From assembly GCA_963668695.2 (NCBI GenBank), contig CAXXLQ010000004.1, forward strand, positions 1,184,001 through 1,248,000: a stretch of 64,000 nt of DNA. The letters are read 5' to 3'. The position numbers and the translations under genes are program-made. Shown here piece by piece: positions 39,654 to 49,672 of this stretch. The notes beneath the pieces were generated by a model. That model was not told the DNA's origin and searched no databases. It saw only the letters and a list, made by a program, of their open reading frames with translations. This stretch comes from Vicinamibacteria bacterium. Its GTDB lineage: Bacteria > Acidobacteriota > Vicinamibacteria > Marinacidobacterales > Marinacidobacteraceae. How positions within the stretch are numbered: the stretch's first letter is position 1; every line of letters starts with the position of its first letter.

Positions 39654-42600
39654 GTGACCGCTAACGCTCCAGCCCGCCGATTCCGCTACACCAGGCTCGT
39701 CGGGATTGGATGCCTGCTCCTCCTCGTAGCCTTCGCCGGAATTGTCCGGGTTGCCGGGAGGATCGACCAGGAAAGGCTCCTGGCTGCTATTTCGGGCCGG
39801 CTCTCCGAGGCGCTCGGTCGTCCGGTCGCGGTTGGCGGCGTCCGGATCTCACTTCCGGAGGGTGAATTCGTTCTTCGCGGTCTGCATCTGGGCAGGGAAC
39901 CCACGGACGTTGGACCGGCGCCCCCGGCCATCTCGATCGACGAGATCCGGGGGAATCTGGGCCTATGGTCCCTGGCGTTGGCGCGTCTCCATTTCGAAAG
40001 TCTGGCGGTCGAGGGGTTGAGTTACCGGGCACGGTACGACGGGAGCCAACCACGTTCCGATTCTGGAAGTCGCGGATCGGGATTCGAGACGCTCGCGGGT
40101 CGCCTCTCGTTCTCTTCGGAGCGCTTTTCGGTTTCGGGGACGACCATCAGCTACCGCAATCTCCTCACGCCGTGGGAAGTCCGGGCGGACCAAGTGGCGT
40201 TCGATTTCCGGGTGACCGAAGAAGGCGGTGTGGACGGAGAGGTCCGCTCCGAGTTGGGGGTGATTCGTCTTCAGGAACTGTCGGGTGTCCCCACGGCGCT
40301 CGCGATGGAGTTCCGCATCCGCGGGAACCGGCTTCACTTGGATCGGCTGGCACTTCAAACCGATCTCCTGGCGGTGAACCTGAATGGGTCGCTGGACCTG
40401 AGCAACAACATGGCGGGTACGCTGAGGGTGGTCGGCAGCGCCGATGCCGGTGGGCTTAGCCGCTTTCTTCTTGACTTCGAGGGGATGGACACCCGAGGGA
40501 GTCCGCCGCTGCGCTTTGACGGGACCGCAGGGTTGCGGGAGGACGGTCTCGTGGTGGACGGCGAGCTGAACCTGCCAGGCGGCCGCCTCTACGGAGTGCC
40601 GCTCCGTGACTGGAAGGGCCGCGTCCACTGGGGTCCGGAGCGACTCGAAGTTCTTTCCTCCGCGGGGATTGTCGCCGGGGGGGCCGCCACCCTGCGTGCG
40701 CTTCAGGTGAACCCGGCTGGAGAAAACCCGGCGGAGATCGCGCTGACCGTCCGCGACGCGTCCCTGGCCCTCGTCGTCGAGGGATTGTTCGGGACTCCAA
40801 CCACGCTGCGCTCGCGCGTCACCCTCGACGCCGATCTCCGCATCCCGTTCGTGGATCCCTTGCTGATGACCGGAACGATTGATGCGACGGGGGAGAGGCC
40901 GGAGGCCAGATCCGGCGAGCTGCCTTTCGGTCTTGAGGCGGAGCTGGCCATGGATGAGGAAACGATCACGGTTAAGCGATTCGTTGCTGAAGGCGCAGCC
41001 TTCCGGAGCACGATCGAGGGTCGGTACTCGCGAGCCGGGGATGCCGACTTTGTGGTGAGCTCCGTCGCAGGTGAAGCGGCGGAGGTGGACGCGGTTCAGC
41101 AGGAGTTTCGGCGGGTGGTCTTCGGAGAAGATCCGGAGACCACCTTCTGGGATGTGTCCGGCGTGGGTGGGTTCGAGGGAACCGTGCAGGGCCGGTGGCC
41201 CGCTCTGGTGATCGAAGGGGAGGTGGAGGGCCAGTCGATGCGCTTTTCCACCATCCATGCCGAGACGTTGACCGCGACCGCCCGGATCGATCCCGACACC
41301 ATCCGGATCGAAAGCTTGAGCGCGCGAGCGGGAGCGGGGCGGCTTTCCGCCTCGGGATTCTTCGATAGGGGCCCCGGCGAGTACCCGGACATGGAGTTCG
41401 AGGCTGAGTGGGACCTGTGGGACGTCCGGGAAATCGTTGATTTTCTGGAGTGGGACCTCGCGTGGGACGGCGTCGTCAGCGGCCGGAGCACCACGGTGCG
41501 ACGCAGTGGGCGCTCCAGCGGCAGCGGAAACGTGGTGAGCTCGGGCGGAATGCTTCTCGAACAACCCTTCGACGAACTGTCCATTGCCTGGAGCCTCGAT
41601 GGCGAGTCCGTCCGATTGGCCCCGCTGACCGCGGCCTTTCGGGGAGGGAGCGTGGAGGGAGCCCTCGACCTCGATCTGGTAGGCGGGACCATGGAAGGCT
41701 CCCTGACCGGCCGGGACTATCCGCTGACACCCGGGCTGGGCCCGGAATGGATTTCGCTTCGCTCGGACTTCCGAGTGGACATCGGGGGCGACCTGCTGGT
41801 TCCGGAGCTTCTCGTGCAGGGGAGTTTTCCCGCCGGCACGGTGGCGGACCTGCCGCTGGGTCCAGGGGTGCTTGAGGCCTCCCTTCGCGGCGAACGCTTC
41901 GAGGCGAGCGGGACCCTGGATTCCGGCGCCGCGTCGTTCGAGATAACCGGAACGGTCGACGCCGAGACCGCCGGAACGGCCACGCTGCGGGAATTCGACG
42001 TTGCGTCGCTACTCGTCGATGCGCCTGACGAGCGGGGGATTTCGATAGTGGTCAGCGGGGCCGGCGATTTCCGCATTGAAGACCCCCTCGACGAGTGGAT
42101 GACGGGAGAAGCAACTCTCGACAGCCTCAAGATCTCGGCGCCGGACTTCGTTGCCGAATCCGGCGGCCCGACCCACATCCGGATGGAGGACGGCGCCGTT
42201 CAGGTGGAAGGATTCCGTCTTCTGCACGCCGAGGGTGAGCTCCGGGCAGGGGGTTCCATCGATCTCGACGAGGAACGTCTCGACCTGACCCTGCTCGGGA
42301 AGGGTTCGTTACGGGCGGCCGAACTGTTCGTGCCCGGACTGAGTGCGGACGGCGGGTTCCAACTGGAGGCGGCGGTCGCCGGCCCCTCGGCCGAACCCGA
42401 GGTGTTCGGCACGGCAACGATCCGGGACGGCTCCTTCCGCATGGACGGTTTTCCGCACGGGCTGACCGAGGTGGATGGATCGGTGACCTTCGACCAGCGG
42501 ACGCTGAGGATCGACGAGGTGAAGGGCCGGGTGGCTTCCGGCGAGGTTGTCGTATCCGGTTCGGTTTTGATCGCGGATACGGAACTCGGCCCCAGCGATC

Positions 42601-43553
42601 TGCGGCTTCAGCTCACCGATGCCCGGCTCCGGTATCCGGCCGACTTCAGCGCTACCGTGGATGCGGATCTGAGGATCCTGGGCGACCGGGGGGGACGTCT
42701 GCTCTCCGGCGAGGTCCGGCTCGACGAGGCGGTCTGGAGCCGTGAGTACGAGCTGTCGGCGGACATCTTGTCGGATTCAAGCAGCATCACCGTTTCCGAC
42801 GGTACCGATGCTGGCGGATTCCTGGGCGATCTGTTGATGGATGTGCGGGTGGAGACCGATTCTCCCTTCGCGGTGCGGAACTCGATCTTCAACCTCGATG
42901 CCAACGCCGCTTTCGGTATCCAGGGCTCCGCCGCGTCGCCCGCCGTCGTGGGACGCGCGGACCTGGTGGAGGGCGAGTTGTATGTCGGCGCCAACCGTTT
43001 CGAAATCGTCTCCGGGCGCGCCGAGTTCATCGATCCCAGAAGCATCGAACCGGTGTTCGACCTGGTTGCGGAAGCGAATATCAGGAACTACCGCGTGCGC
43101 CTTACCGCTTCGGGAACCGTGGACGAGATCGACGCGAACCTGAGCTCCGAACCTCCGCTGCGGCAGACGGACATCCTCCAGCTTCTCTCCGGCGTCCCGG
43201 AGCAGAACCTCCTGAGAGCCGGCAATGACGACCCGGTTGCCGCGGTCTCCGCTACGAATCTGCTGAGCCAGCAATTCAGCGGGATGATCGGCCGCCGGGC
43301 GGGCCGGGTGTTCGGAATCGACCGCGTGACAATCGACCCCTTCATGATCGGTCGTTTCAGCAATCCGACGGCGAGGGTGACCCTCAGCAAGCAAGTGACC
43401 CCAGAGCTGAATGTCCGGTATTCCTCGAGTCTTACTGACGCGGATGAGGCAGTCATCGTCGTCGAGTACACGCGCCGTCGCGTCACGTGGATCCTCTCGC
43501 GGGACGAAGACGGCTCGTTGGGCGTGGACTTTCGCTTCCGCCGCACGTACTGA
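39654..43553 (+). CDS. tamB: Translocation and assembly module TamB / AsmA-like protein
   Basis: 1299 aa; N-terminal TM, beta-rich body, LSSEPPLRQTDILQLL (DUF490-like). Confidence 0.85.
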   Translation: MTANAPARRFRYTRLVGIGCLLLLVAFAGIVRVAGRIDQERLLAAISGRLSEALGRPVAVGGVRISLPEGEFVLRGLHLGREPTDVGPAPPAISIDEIRGNLGLWSLALARLHFESLAVEGLSYRARYDGSQPRSDSGSRGSGFETLAGRLSFSSERFSVSGTTISYRNLLTPWEVRADQVAFDFRVTEEGGVDGEVRSELGVIRLQELSGVPTALAMEFRIRGNRLHLDRLALQTDLLAVNLNGSLDLSNNMAGTLRVVGSADAGGLSRFLLDFEGMDTRGSPPLRFDGTAGLREDGLVVDGELNLPGGRLYGVPLRDWKGRVHWGPERLEVLSSAGIVAGGAATLRALQVNPAGENPAEIALTVRDASLALVVEGLFGTPTTLRSRVTLDADLRIPFVDPLLMTGTIDATGERPEARSGELPFGLEAELAMDEETITVKRFVAEGAAFRSTIEGRYSRAGDADFVVSSVAGEAAEVDAVQQEFRRVVFGEDPETTFWDVSGVGGFEGTVQGRWPALVIEGEVEGQSMRFSTIHAETLTATARIDPDTIRIESLSARAGAGRLSASGFFDRGPGEYPDMEFEAEWDLWDVREIVDFLEWDLAWDGVVSGRSTTVRRSGRSSGSGNVVSSGGMLLEQPFDELSIAWSLDGESVRLAPLTAAFRGGSVEGALDLDLVGGTMEGSLTGRDYPLTPGLGPEWISLRSDFRVDIGGDLLVPELLVQGSFPAGTVADLPLGPGVLEASLRGERFEASGTLDSGAASFEITGTVDAETAGTATLREFDVASLLVDAPDERGISIVVSGAGDFRIEDPLDEWMTGEATLDSLKISAPDFVAESGGPTHIRMEDGAVQVEGFRLLHAEGELRAGGSIDLDEERLDLTLLGKGSLRAAELFVPGLSADGGFQLEAAVAGPSAEPEVFGTATIRDGSFRMDGFPHGLTEVDGSVTFDQRTLRIDEVKGRVASGEVVVSGSVLIADTELGPSDLRLQLTDARLRYPADFSATVDADLRILGDRGGRLLSGEVRLDEAVWSREYELSADILSDSSSITVSDGTDAGGFLGDLLMDVRVETDSPFAVRNSIFNLDANAAFGIQGSAASPAVVGRADLVEGELYVGANRFEIVSGRAEFIDPRSIEPVFDLVAEANIRNYRVRLTASGTVDEIDANLSSEPPLRQTDILQLLSGVPEQNLLRAGNDDPVAAVSATNLLSQQFSGMIGRRAGRVFGIDRVTIDPFMIGRFSNPTARVTLSKQVTPELNVRYSSSLTDADEAVIVVEYTRRRVTWILSRDEDGSLGVDFRFRRTY

Positions 43554-43841
43554 CCGGCGGACAGTTGTGCGCGTGGCGCGCCGGCGATGGAGGCCCTCGT
43601 TCCTCGGAAGGCGCCCGCACTCTGGGGAGTTGACTTCGTCGCCGTAGGACAGTGCTGTCTCGCGCAGGTCAGGGAACACCGACCTCCCGTTGGCGTCGGC
43701 CGAAACGGGGAGACGCCTCGTTCGTTCCGAGTTGTCCACAGCGCCTTTGCAGAGGTGAGAAGAAACCGGTCGGGATTCCGTCTATGTGTCTAGGGGAAGG
43801 CCTCGCGCCTTCCGCCGGTCGCATCTCAGGAGGAGATTTCC

Positions 43842-44345
43842 ATGCCGCATGCCGACGCCGACCGGGCCAGGAGCAACCCCGCATCGTCCCGGAAGGCTGC
43901 CTCGACGCTCGAATCATCAGAACCCTCCACCCCGGTGCCGGACCACGTCCCGTCTAAACCCCGGGAAAAGGGCGCATTCTTCCGGGCGTTTGTCGAGGCC
44001 GGGGTTGGCCCGATGGTCGCCTATACTGCGGAAGAACAGGTTCAGTCCATGGTTTCGCAAGGCGTGGCGGCGCAAGTGCAGCCGATCCTTGTGGAGATGC
44101 GGCAACTCTTCGTCGAACGCGACCGGAAGCTGGACACACTGACCGAGATCGTTGTCCGCCAGGGGCACAAACTCGACGAACACGACCGGAAACTGGACGC
44201 GCTCGTCGCGGACGTTCAGGGCGTGAAAGACGTTGTTGGTGTCAGGTTTGACGCGTTGAAGAGGGAGCTGCGCCTGATCTGGGGCGCCCTCGGCGTTTTG
44301 CTCACGGTGCTGACCGTGGTTTTCAGCCTCCTCTTCGGCGGCTGA
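43842..44345 (+). CDS. Coiled-coil protein with C-terminal membrane anchor (CCDC90/DUF1640-like architecture)
   Basis: AGGAGA RBS; FFRAFVEAGV head, heptads with DRKLD twice, terminal TM. Confidence 0.65.
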   Translation: MPHADADRARSNPASSRKAASTLESSEPSTPVPDHVPSKPREKGAFFRAFVEAGVGPMVAYTAEEQVQSMVSQGVAAQVQPILVEMRQLFVERDRKLDTLTEIVVRQGHKLDEHDRKLDALVADVQGVKDVVGVRFDALKRELRLIWGALGVLLTVLTVVFSLLFGG

Positions 44346-44428
44346 GCCGCCCCAGGAGCCTGTCGTCGGCTCGCCGCCGCGCGGGGTCCGCGTGGGCGGC
44401 GCCAGCCGGCCGGGTTCCCCTTGCCTAA

Positions 44429-44607
44429 CAGCCTGTGGTGAAACCCACGCGGCGTTCGAGCGGCGATCCATCCCGCCTGAACCGCGCCGCTTTGCGGCGC
44501 TCGGCGTTGCGTTTCGGTCGAAATACACTCGGTATTCCTCCCTCACGCGCCTTGTCAGCCGGGCGCCTCACCGCTCTCGGCGCTCACCCGGGTTCCACCA
44601 CAGGCTG
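44429..44607. mobile_element. 179-bp MITE, empty reference copy
   Basis: TIRs CAGCCTGTGGTGAAACCC / GGGTTCCACCACAGGCTG (17/18 match) flanked by CTAA and CTAG; non-coding. Confidence 0.85.
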
Positions 44608-45888
44608 CTAGAACCGCCGGCGCCGGAACCGGTTGTTCACCACGTTGTTGAAGATGGACCCGAACCGGAACTGGAACCCGACCTCCAACCGGTAGTCGAA
44701 GTCGGTGGCTCGCTGCTGGAGATCCAGCAGGGCCTCCTCGTCGGTCGCCTCCTCGGCGGCCAGGTAGATCTGGTCGTTCACCTGCGACACGTTGCCGGAG
44801 ACCTCGAGTTCAAGACCTCGAAAGACCCGGAAGGAGAGGTATCCGCCCAGGGACACCAGGCGCTGTTTGAAATCGTGCAGGAAGTGCGAACCCCGCACGT
44901 TGACCGAGGCGTTGCCCCAGGGCTGGCGCTGGGTGAGGCGGACTGCCATCGCCTGCTCCCAGCGCATTTCTTCGGTTTCCCCGTAGATGGTGCGCTCCGC
45001 ATAGTCGCGATAGGCCGGGCCGATCGTGTAGTAGAAAGTGAAGCTGCGCCGGGTCGCCTCGTCGTAAGGAAAGACGCTGTACTCCAACGCCGGCGACAAC
45101 TCGATGCGGAAGTTCTGGTTGTAGGTCAGGTTGCGGCTGGCGTTCGTGTCGATCCCGGCCGACCAGTGTTCGAGGAGGGCGTACACGATCCGGGTGTCGA
45201 AGCTCCAGCCGGTGCGTGTGTCCCGGAAGGTCCCCTCGGAAAGGTCGATCGCGAAATGGTCGGTCTCGATATCTCCGGAAAATCGAATGCGCCAATCGGG
45301 CGTCACCCGCGAAGCGGAGAATCCGCCTTCCAGGCTCGTGCGCCGGCTTGTCGTCTCGCCGTCGATCCCCACCTCCCCGTCGAGCCGGAACACCCAGAGG
45401 TTCCACGGATCCTCCACCTCGTCCCGGGACACCACCCCGCGCGCCACCGCCGCCTCTTCCCGGTCCGTCGGGCTGATGACGACGATCCCGCGGTATCCGG
45501 CCTCGTCGGCGAACATCGCGAGCCCGAGCCCCAGGGTGTGGACGATCCCGTCGAGCGTCTCCCGGTCGGTGTCCGTCGGAGGCGACCGGTAGCTGTGCTG
45601 GTCGCTGTAGCTTTCTTGCTCGTCGACGCCCATGAAGTCGAAGAGGTATTCCCGCCCGCCGGCGCCCGTGGTCTGGCTGGTCATGATCAGGTGGACGTTG
45701 GCGTCCTCCTTGTCGTTGACCCAGTTCACCCAGGTGATCTCGGTGCGGTAGTAGCGCGAGTCGCACCGGGGCCCGGAGCAGTCGAAGAACACATTGGGCC
45801 GCCCGTTCTGGCCGAGGGAGAGTTGCGCCAAGCCGACAACCAGGCCGCCTGCAACGAGCAGTGCACGGCGAAGACGGCGGAATGTCAT
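44608..45888 (-). CDS. Hypothetical outer-membrane beta-barrel protein
   Basis: Signal peptide; VFFDC..C; DPWNLWVF; ends FRFGSIFNNVVNNRF. Confidence 0.75.
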   Translation of the reverse strand: MTFRRLRRALLVAGGLVVGLAQLSLGQNGRPNVFFDCSGPRCDSRYYRTEITWVNWVNDKEDANVHLIMTSQTTGAGGREYLFDFMGVDEQESYSDQHSYRSPPTDTDRETLDGIVHTLGLGLAMFADEAGYRGIVVISPTDREEAAVARGVVSRDEVEDPWNLWVFRLDGEVGIDGETTSRRTSLEGGFSASRVTPDWRIRFSGDIETDHFAIDLSEGTFRDTRTGWSFDTRIVYALLEHWSAGIDTNASRNLTYNQNFRIELSPALEYSVFPYDEATRRSFTFYYTIGPAYRDYAERTIYGETEEMRWEQAMAVRLTQRQPWGNASVNVRGSHFLHDFKQRLVSLGGYLSFRVFRGLELEVSGNVSQVNDQIYLAAEEATDEEALLDLQQRATDFDYRLEVGFQFRFGSIFNNVVNNRFRRRRF

Positions 45889-46293
45889 GCGAGCGTCAGC
45901 AACAGTTGCGAAAGGGGGATGGAGGTGAAGGTCCTCGCGCCGGGAGGCGCCCTCAGGCAGCCGCTGCACCGTTGCGGATCCACGCGAACCCGGTGTCATC
46001 AACGAAGGAAGCGAACCTCAGGTTCCGGGACGCGGACTCTGCGCCAAGCGCGGTCCGCTGTCAATGCCGGAATTCTACCGGCCGAAGGTGCTCGACCGGA
46101 CTCGGGCTTACTTCACTCCTTGGCCGCTTCGGCCCGCCGGTTTGCGATGAAGGAATCCACGCCGCCTGGCTCGCCGTCCCCGCGTTTCCGGGCAAGCAAC
46201 TGGGCTTCTGCGACGGCCGCCTCGAGGGGGTCTTCGGCGCTTGGACGTCCCGGGTTCGAGCGTTCTCCGTTTCGCCCGCCTCCGGCGTGCGGT

Positions 46294-46319
46294 GCCGGTC
46301 TGAAGACCGGCGGTCCCGG
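46294..46319 (-). repeat. REP-like palindrome (empty allele)
   Basis: TGCCGGTCTGAAGACCGGCGGTCCC. Confidence 0.75.
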
Positions 46320-46330
46320 GCGCGGCACCG

Positions 46331-47083
46331 TCAGGCGAGGGGCTCGAAATCCTCGCTGCTCATCGGTTCGTGCTTGTCCCACTGGCTCCGCATCTCGATG
46401 AGCACACGCTGCGAGGAAAGATGGGGCGCCGGGTTTAGTCGCACAACTCGCGCCCGGTAATCGCCGGGCGACTCCTCCATCGCCTTCGTCAGGTCGTACG
46501 CGAGGTAATCCGGGGCCCATCCGATCATGAAGTAATCCTTAGTTTGGATTTGTACCGCTGGTCGCCCGGTCGGATTCGTCAGCTCTAGAGCGATATGGAG
46601 TTGCTCGTCCGGATCGAGTGCATTGATCTTCTTCTGGGCCGCCGCGTTTGTGTGGCGAAAACCGTGAAGAAAAAAGCGACACACGAAGGTTCCGTCTTGG
46701 TTCTTGACGAGCCTCGGAAACACCTCGAAAAAGTCGGTCGCCCGGCGCCCACCGTCCACCCGGAGGATCTCGGTCGGATCTACCGTGGGGTTGAGATCCA
46801 GTCCCCTCAGGTAGTCCTCGAAGTCAGGCCGGCGCGGGGACATCACCCGGTTTTGGAAGACAGGGAACAGTTCACGTGACTCGTAGGTGCCGTGCAGTGC
46901 GGGAAACCCCGGCACGAGATCGAATCCGCCCGTCTCCCGGGCTCGCTCCGCTCCCTTTAGGTGGCAGAATCGGTACCTTGGCTCGGCCAAATCGGCATCA
47001 AGGCGGCCGACAGGGAACCATTGGCGGGTCTTGGCGCGATCCTGCCACCCCACGTAGAGCGTTCGTTCGTTCACTTCAGGCAT
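46331..47083 (-). CDS. HIRAN-domain protein with HipA-N-like N-terminus
   Basis: WFPVGRL, LFPVFQNRVM..RRPD, GGRRATD, FFLHGFRH, IGWAPDYL. Confidence 0.75.
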   Translation of the reverse strand: MPEVNERTLYVGWQDRAKTRQWFPVGRLDADLAEPRYRFCHLKGAERARETGGFDLVPGFPALHGTYESRELFPVFQNRVMSPRRPDFEDYLRGLDLNPTVDPTEILRVDGGRRATDFFEVFPRLVKNQDGTFVCRFFLHGFRHTNAAAQKKINALDPDEQLHIALELTNPTGRPAVQIQTKDYFMIGWAPDYLAYDLTKAMEESPGDYRARVVRLNPAPHLSSQRVLIEMRSQWDKHEPMSSEDFEPLA

Positions 47084-47974
47084 TGCTCTAACTGTGTCGC
47101 ATTGTAGTCCAGCAGCGTCACCGTGAAGTCCTTGGCGGTGGGCGACATCCAGTCATCAGGGATTCGCCGAACAACCTCTCCGAATTCTGGGCGACGGTCA
47201 GGGACTCGGGCGAGCACCTGCCGAAACAGGTGGGGGTGTTCCTTTGTCGCTAGGCGCACCAAGTTGAGCGGGCTCGGGCCGTATTGATCGGAACCGGCCC
47301 AGAAGACGCGGCCCCGCGCTTTTTTCGCGTATTGGCCTACGGCCCGTTCTCGCAGTCGCCGCACCCTCACTTCGTCGCTTATCTCTCGGCCGAGGGAGGA
47401 TGCGTGATCGAAAGTCGGTGCGAGGAACCTGTGCACTCCTTTTGGCGTCCGCTTGATTAAGAGCCCCCAATTCTGATGATGGCGATCCGTGTTTCCTATC
47501 AGTGCGTCCAGAACGAGATAGCCGGCGAATTGTCGCTTGGCGATTTCCGCTGCCGGCCTGTTTCGAAACGCGGCCTCGAGGACACGGAAGACATTGCCTA
47601 GAGAGTGATCCGACTCCGTGGAATTTGTGGATGTCGTATTCCATGATCTTGGCGAGTAGCTCGTTGCCGTGGAAGAGAACTCGCCCCCCGCGAGCGAATG
47701 ACTTGGAGATTGAGCCACGCGTTCCTTCGGCTGTCGCGAGCTCAACGACTGCATGGGAAATGCCGAGACAACCAGCTACTTCTGCGGCGATCTTCTCAGC
47801 CCAGTGCTCTCCGCTGCCGGGCCGCGGGTACTTGAAGAGCCACAGAACCCCGTCCTCCGTTGGCCGGCACCAAAACTTGCGTTTGGTCCCCATCGCCTCT
47901 TTCTGAGTTGGCCACGCCGCTTCCACCTCGATGAGTCTGTAGAGATCGGGGGCGCCGCGGGCCATGCTGCTCAT
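47071..47974 (-). pseudogene. HipA/CtkA-like kinase split by a frameshift near 47620
   Basis: Frame 1: GTKRKFW..WLFK..EHWAEKIA..HGNELL. Frame 2: LDALIGNTDRHHQNWG..LAPTFDHASSLG. Confidence 0.8.
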
Positions 47975-49605
47975 CGCTCCGCGTAGCCCGGACCCCTGAG
48001 CACCCGTCCCGGCAGTTCGCCGGTCGGCTCTCCCTCGGCGATCACGGCGACACCGTTCACGAAGACCCAGGGAATGCCGGTCGGGTAGCGCTCCGGGTCC
48101 TCGAAGGTGGCTTCGTCCTGCACCGTGTCCGGATCGAAGAGCACCATGTCGGCTCGCATTCCGGGGCGCAGCAGGCCCCGGTCCGAGAGCCCGAGACGGT
48201 TTGCCGGCCCCGAGCTCATCTTGCGGATGGCCTCCTCGAGCGAGAGTAGCCCCTCCTCGCGCACGTACTTCGCGAGCACCCGGGGATGGGTGCCGAAGGA
48301 CCGGGGGTGCGGCTTTCCCATGGGCGTCCGCATTCCGGCGGCCAGCGCGCTCCCGTCCGAGCCGATGTGGGTGAACGGCTGCGAAAGCGCCTGGATCAGG
48401 TTCGGTTCCGCGTTCCCGAAGGAGATCTGGAACCCCTCCCCCTCCTGCTCGATCAGGAGGTCGAGAAGGGCTTCCTCCGGCGTGGCGCCGCGCGCCTCCC
48501 CGAGATCCAGGATCGAGAGACCGTCGACTTCGTCGCGGAACGAGCTAACGAACGTCCTCCCCCAGCGGGACCGCTCGGCCTCGGACTCCCGCAACTCCGC
48601 GAGGAGGCGGCCCCGGTCGGCTTCGTCGGTCAGCCGCTCGAGCATCCGGCCCACCCCTCCTTCCTGAACCCAGCGCGGCAGCAGCGACCGCAGGTAGGTC
48701 CACCCCGCGATGTACGGATAGACGTTCCCGGTCACGTCCACTCCCGAGGCGCGGGCCTCGGCGATCATCGCCGCGTATTCCGGGATCTGGGCTCCCGAAG
48801 TGGAGTTCAGGTGGTGGATCTCGAGCCCTGTCCCCGCCTCGCGGGCGATGGTGATTCCTTCGGCCAGTCCTTCGAGCCCGCCCCGCAGGTGGCTCACGTA
48901 GATGCCCCCGTAGCCGGCGGCCACCCGCGTGAGCCGGATGAGTTCCTCGGTGCTCGCGAAGGCGTTCGGGATGTAGGCCAGACCGCTCGCGAGCGCGAAC
49001 GCACCCTCCTCCATTGCCTGTGCCACGAGTGCCTCCATCGCCTGCAGCTCCTCTTCGGTCGCCACGCGCTCCTGGTAGCCGATCACCGAGGCGCGCACTT
49101 GCCCCGAGCCCACGTAGGAGACGACGTTCGGACCCACCCCGGCGAACTCCAACCGGTCCAGGTACCCGCCCAGCGTGGTCCAGTCCCGCTCGATGGGCGG
49201 TGCGACCATCATCGGGTCGTCCACCGCGGGGCCCATCACCGGCCCCGCGGAGAGATGCTCCCCGAGGACCTCGGTGGTGACTCCCTGAGCGGTCTTGCTC
49301 AGCGCCCGGGGATCCACCAGCAGCCCGTATTCCGAGTGGGCGTGCATGTCGATGAACCCGGGGGCCACCACCAGTCCGTCGGCATCGATCACCCGGGCGG
49401 CCGGCGGCTCTTCCGGCCCGACGCTCACGATCGTGTCGCCGGCGACGGCGAGGTTCGCGCGGAACCAGGGGCTGCCGGTGCCGTCAACGATCCGCGCTCC
49501 GCGGATCAACAGGTCGACGGGTGGTGGCGCCCCGTTCGGAGTTGGGCCGCAACCGGCTAGCAACACCGTCACGAGTGCGGCCGAAATCCATCGAATTCGT
49601 CTCAT
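47971..49605 (-). CDS. N-acyl-D-amino-acid deacylase (amidohydrolase) lipoprotein
   Basis: LAGC; APGFIDMHAH, GVTT, IGSDG, HPRSFGT, ADMVLFD. Confidence 0.9.
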   Translation of the reverse strand: MRRIRWISAALVTVLLAGCGPTPNGAPPPVDLLIRGARIVDGTGSPWFRANLAVAGDTIVSVGPEEPPAARVIDADGLVVAPGFIDMHAHSEYGLLVDPRALSKTAQGVTTEVLGEHLSAGPVMGPAVDDPMMVAPPIERDWTTLGGYLDRLEFAGVGPNVVSYVGSGQVRASVIGYQERVATEEELQAMEALVAQAMEEGAFALASGLAYIPNAFASTEELIRLTRVAAGYGGIYVSHLRGGLEGLAEGITIAREAGTGLEIHHLNSTSGAQIPEYAAMIAEARASGVDVTGNVYPYIAGWTYLRSLLPRWVQEGGVGRMLERLTDEADRGRLLAELRESEAERSRWGRTFVSSFRDEVDGLSILDLGEARGATPEEALLDLLIEQEGEGFQISFGNAEPNLIQALSQPFTHIGSDGSALAAGMRTPMGKPHPRSFGTHPRVLAKYVREEGLLSLEEAIRKMSSGPANRLGLSDRGLLRPGMRADMVLFDPDTVQDEATFEDPERYPTGIPWVFVNGVAVIAEGEPTGELPGRVLRGPGYAER

Positions 49606-49672
49606 CTGCTTGTCTCCTCGGGCGTTCCGCCGCCTTCCCAAGAGGCTACCGTGTCAAACGTAGAATTGCTCT

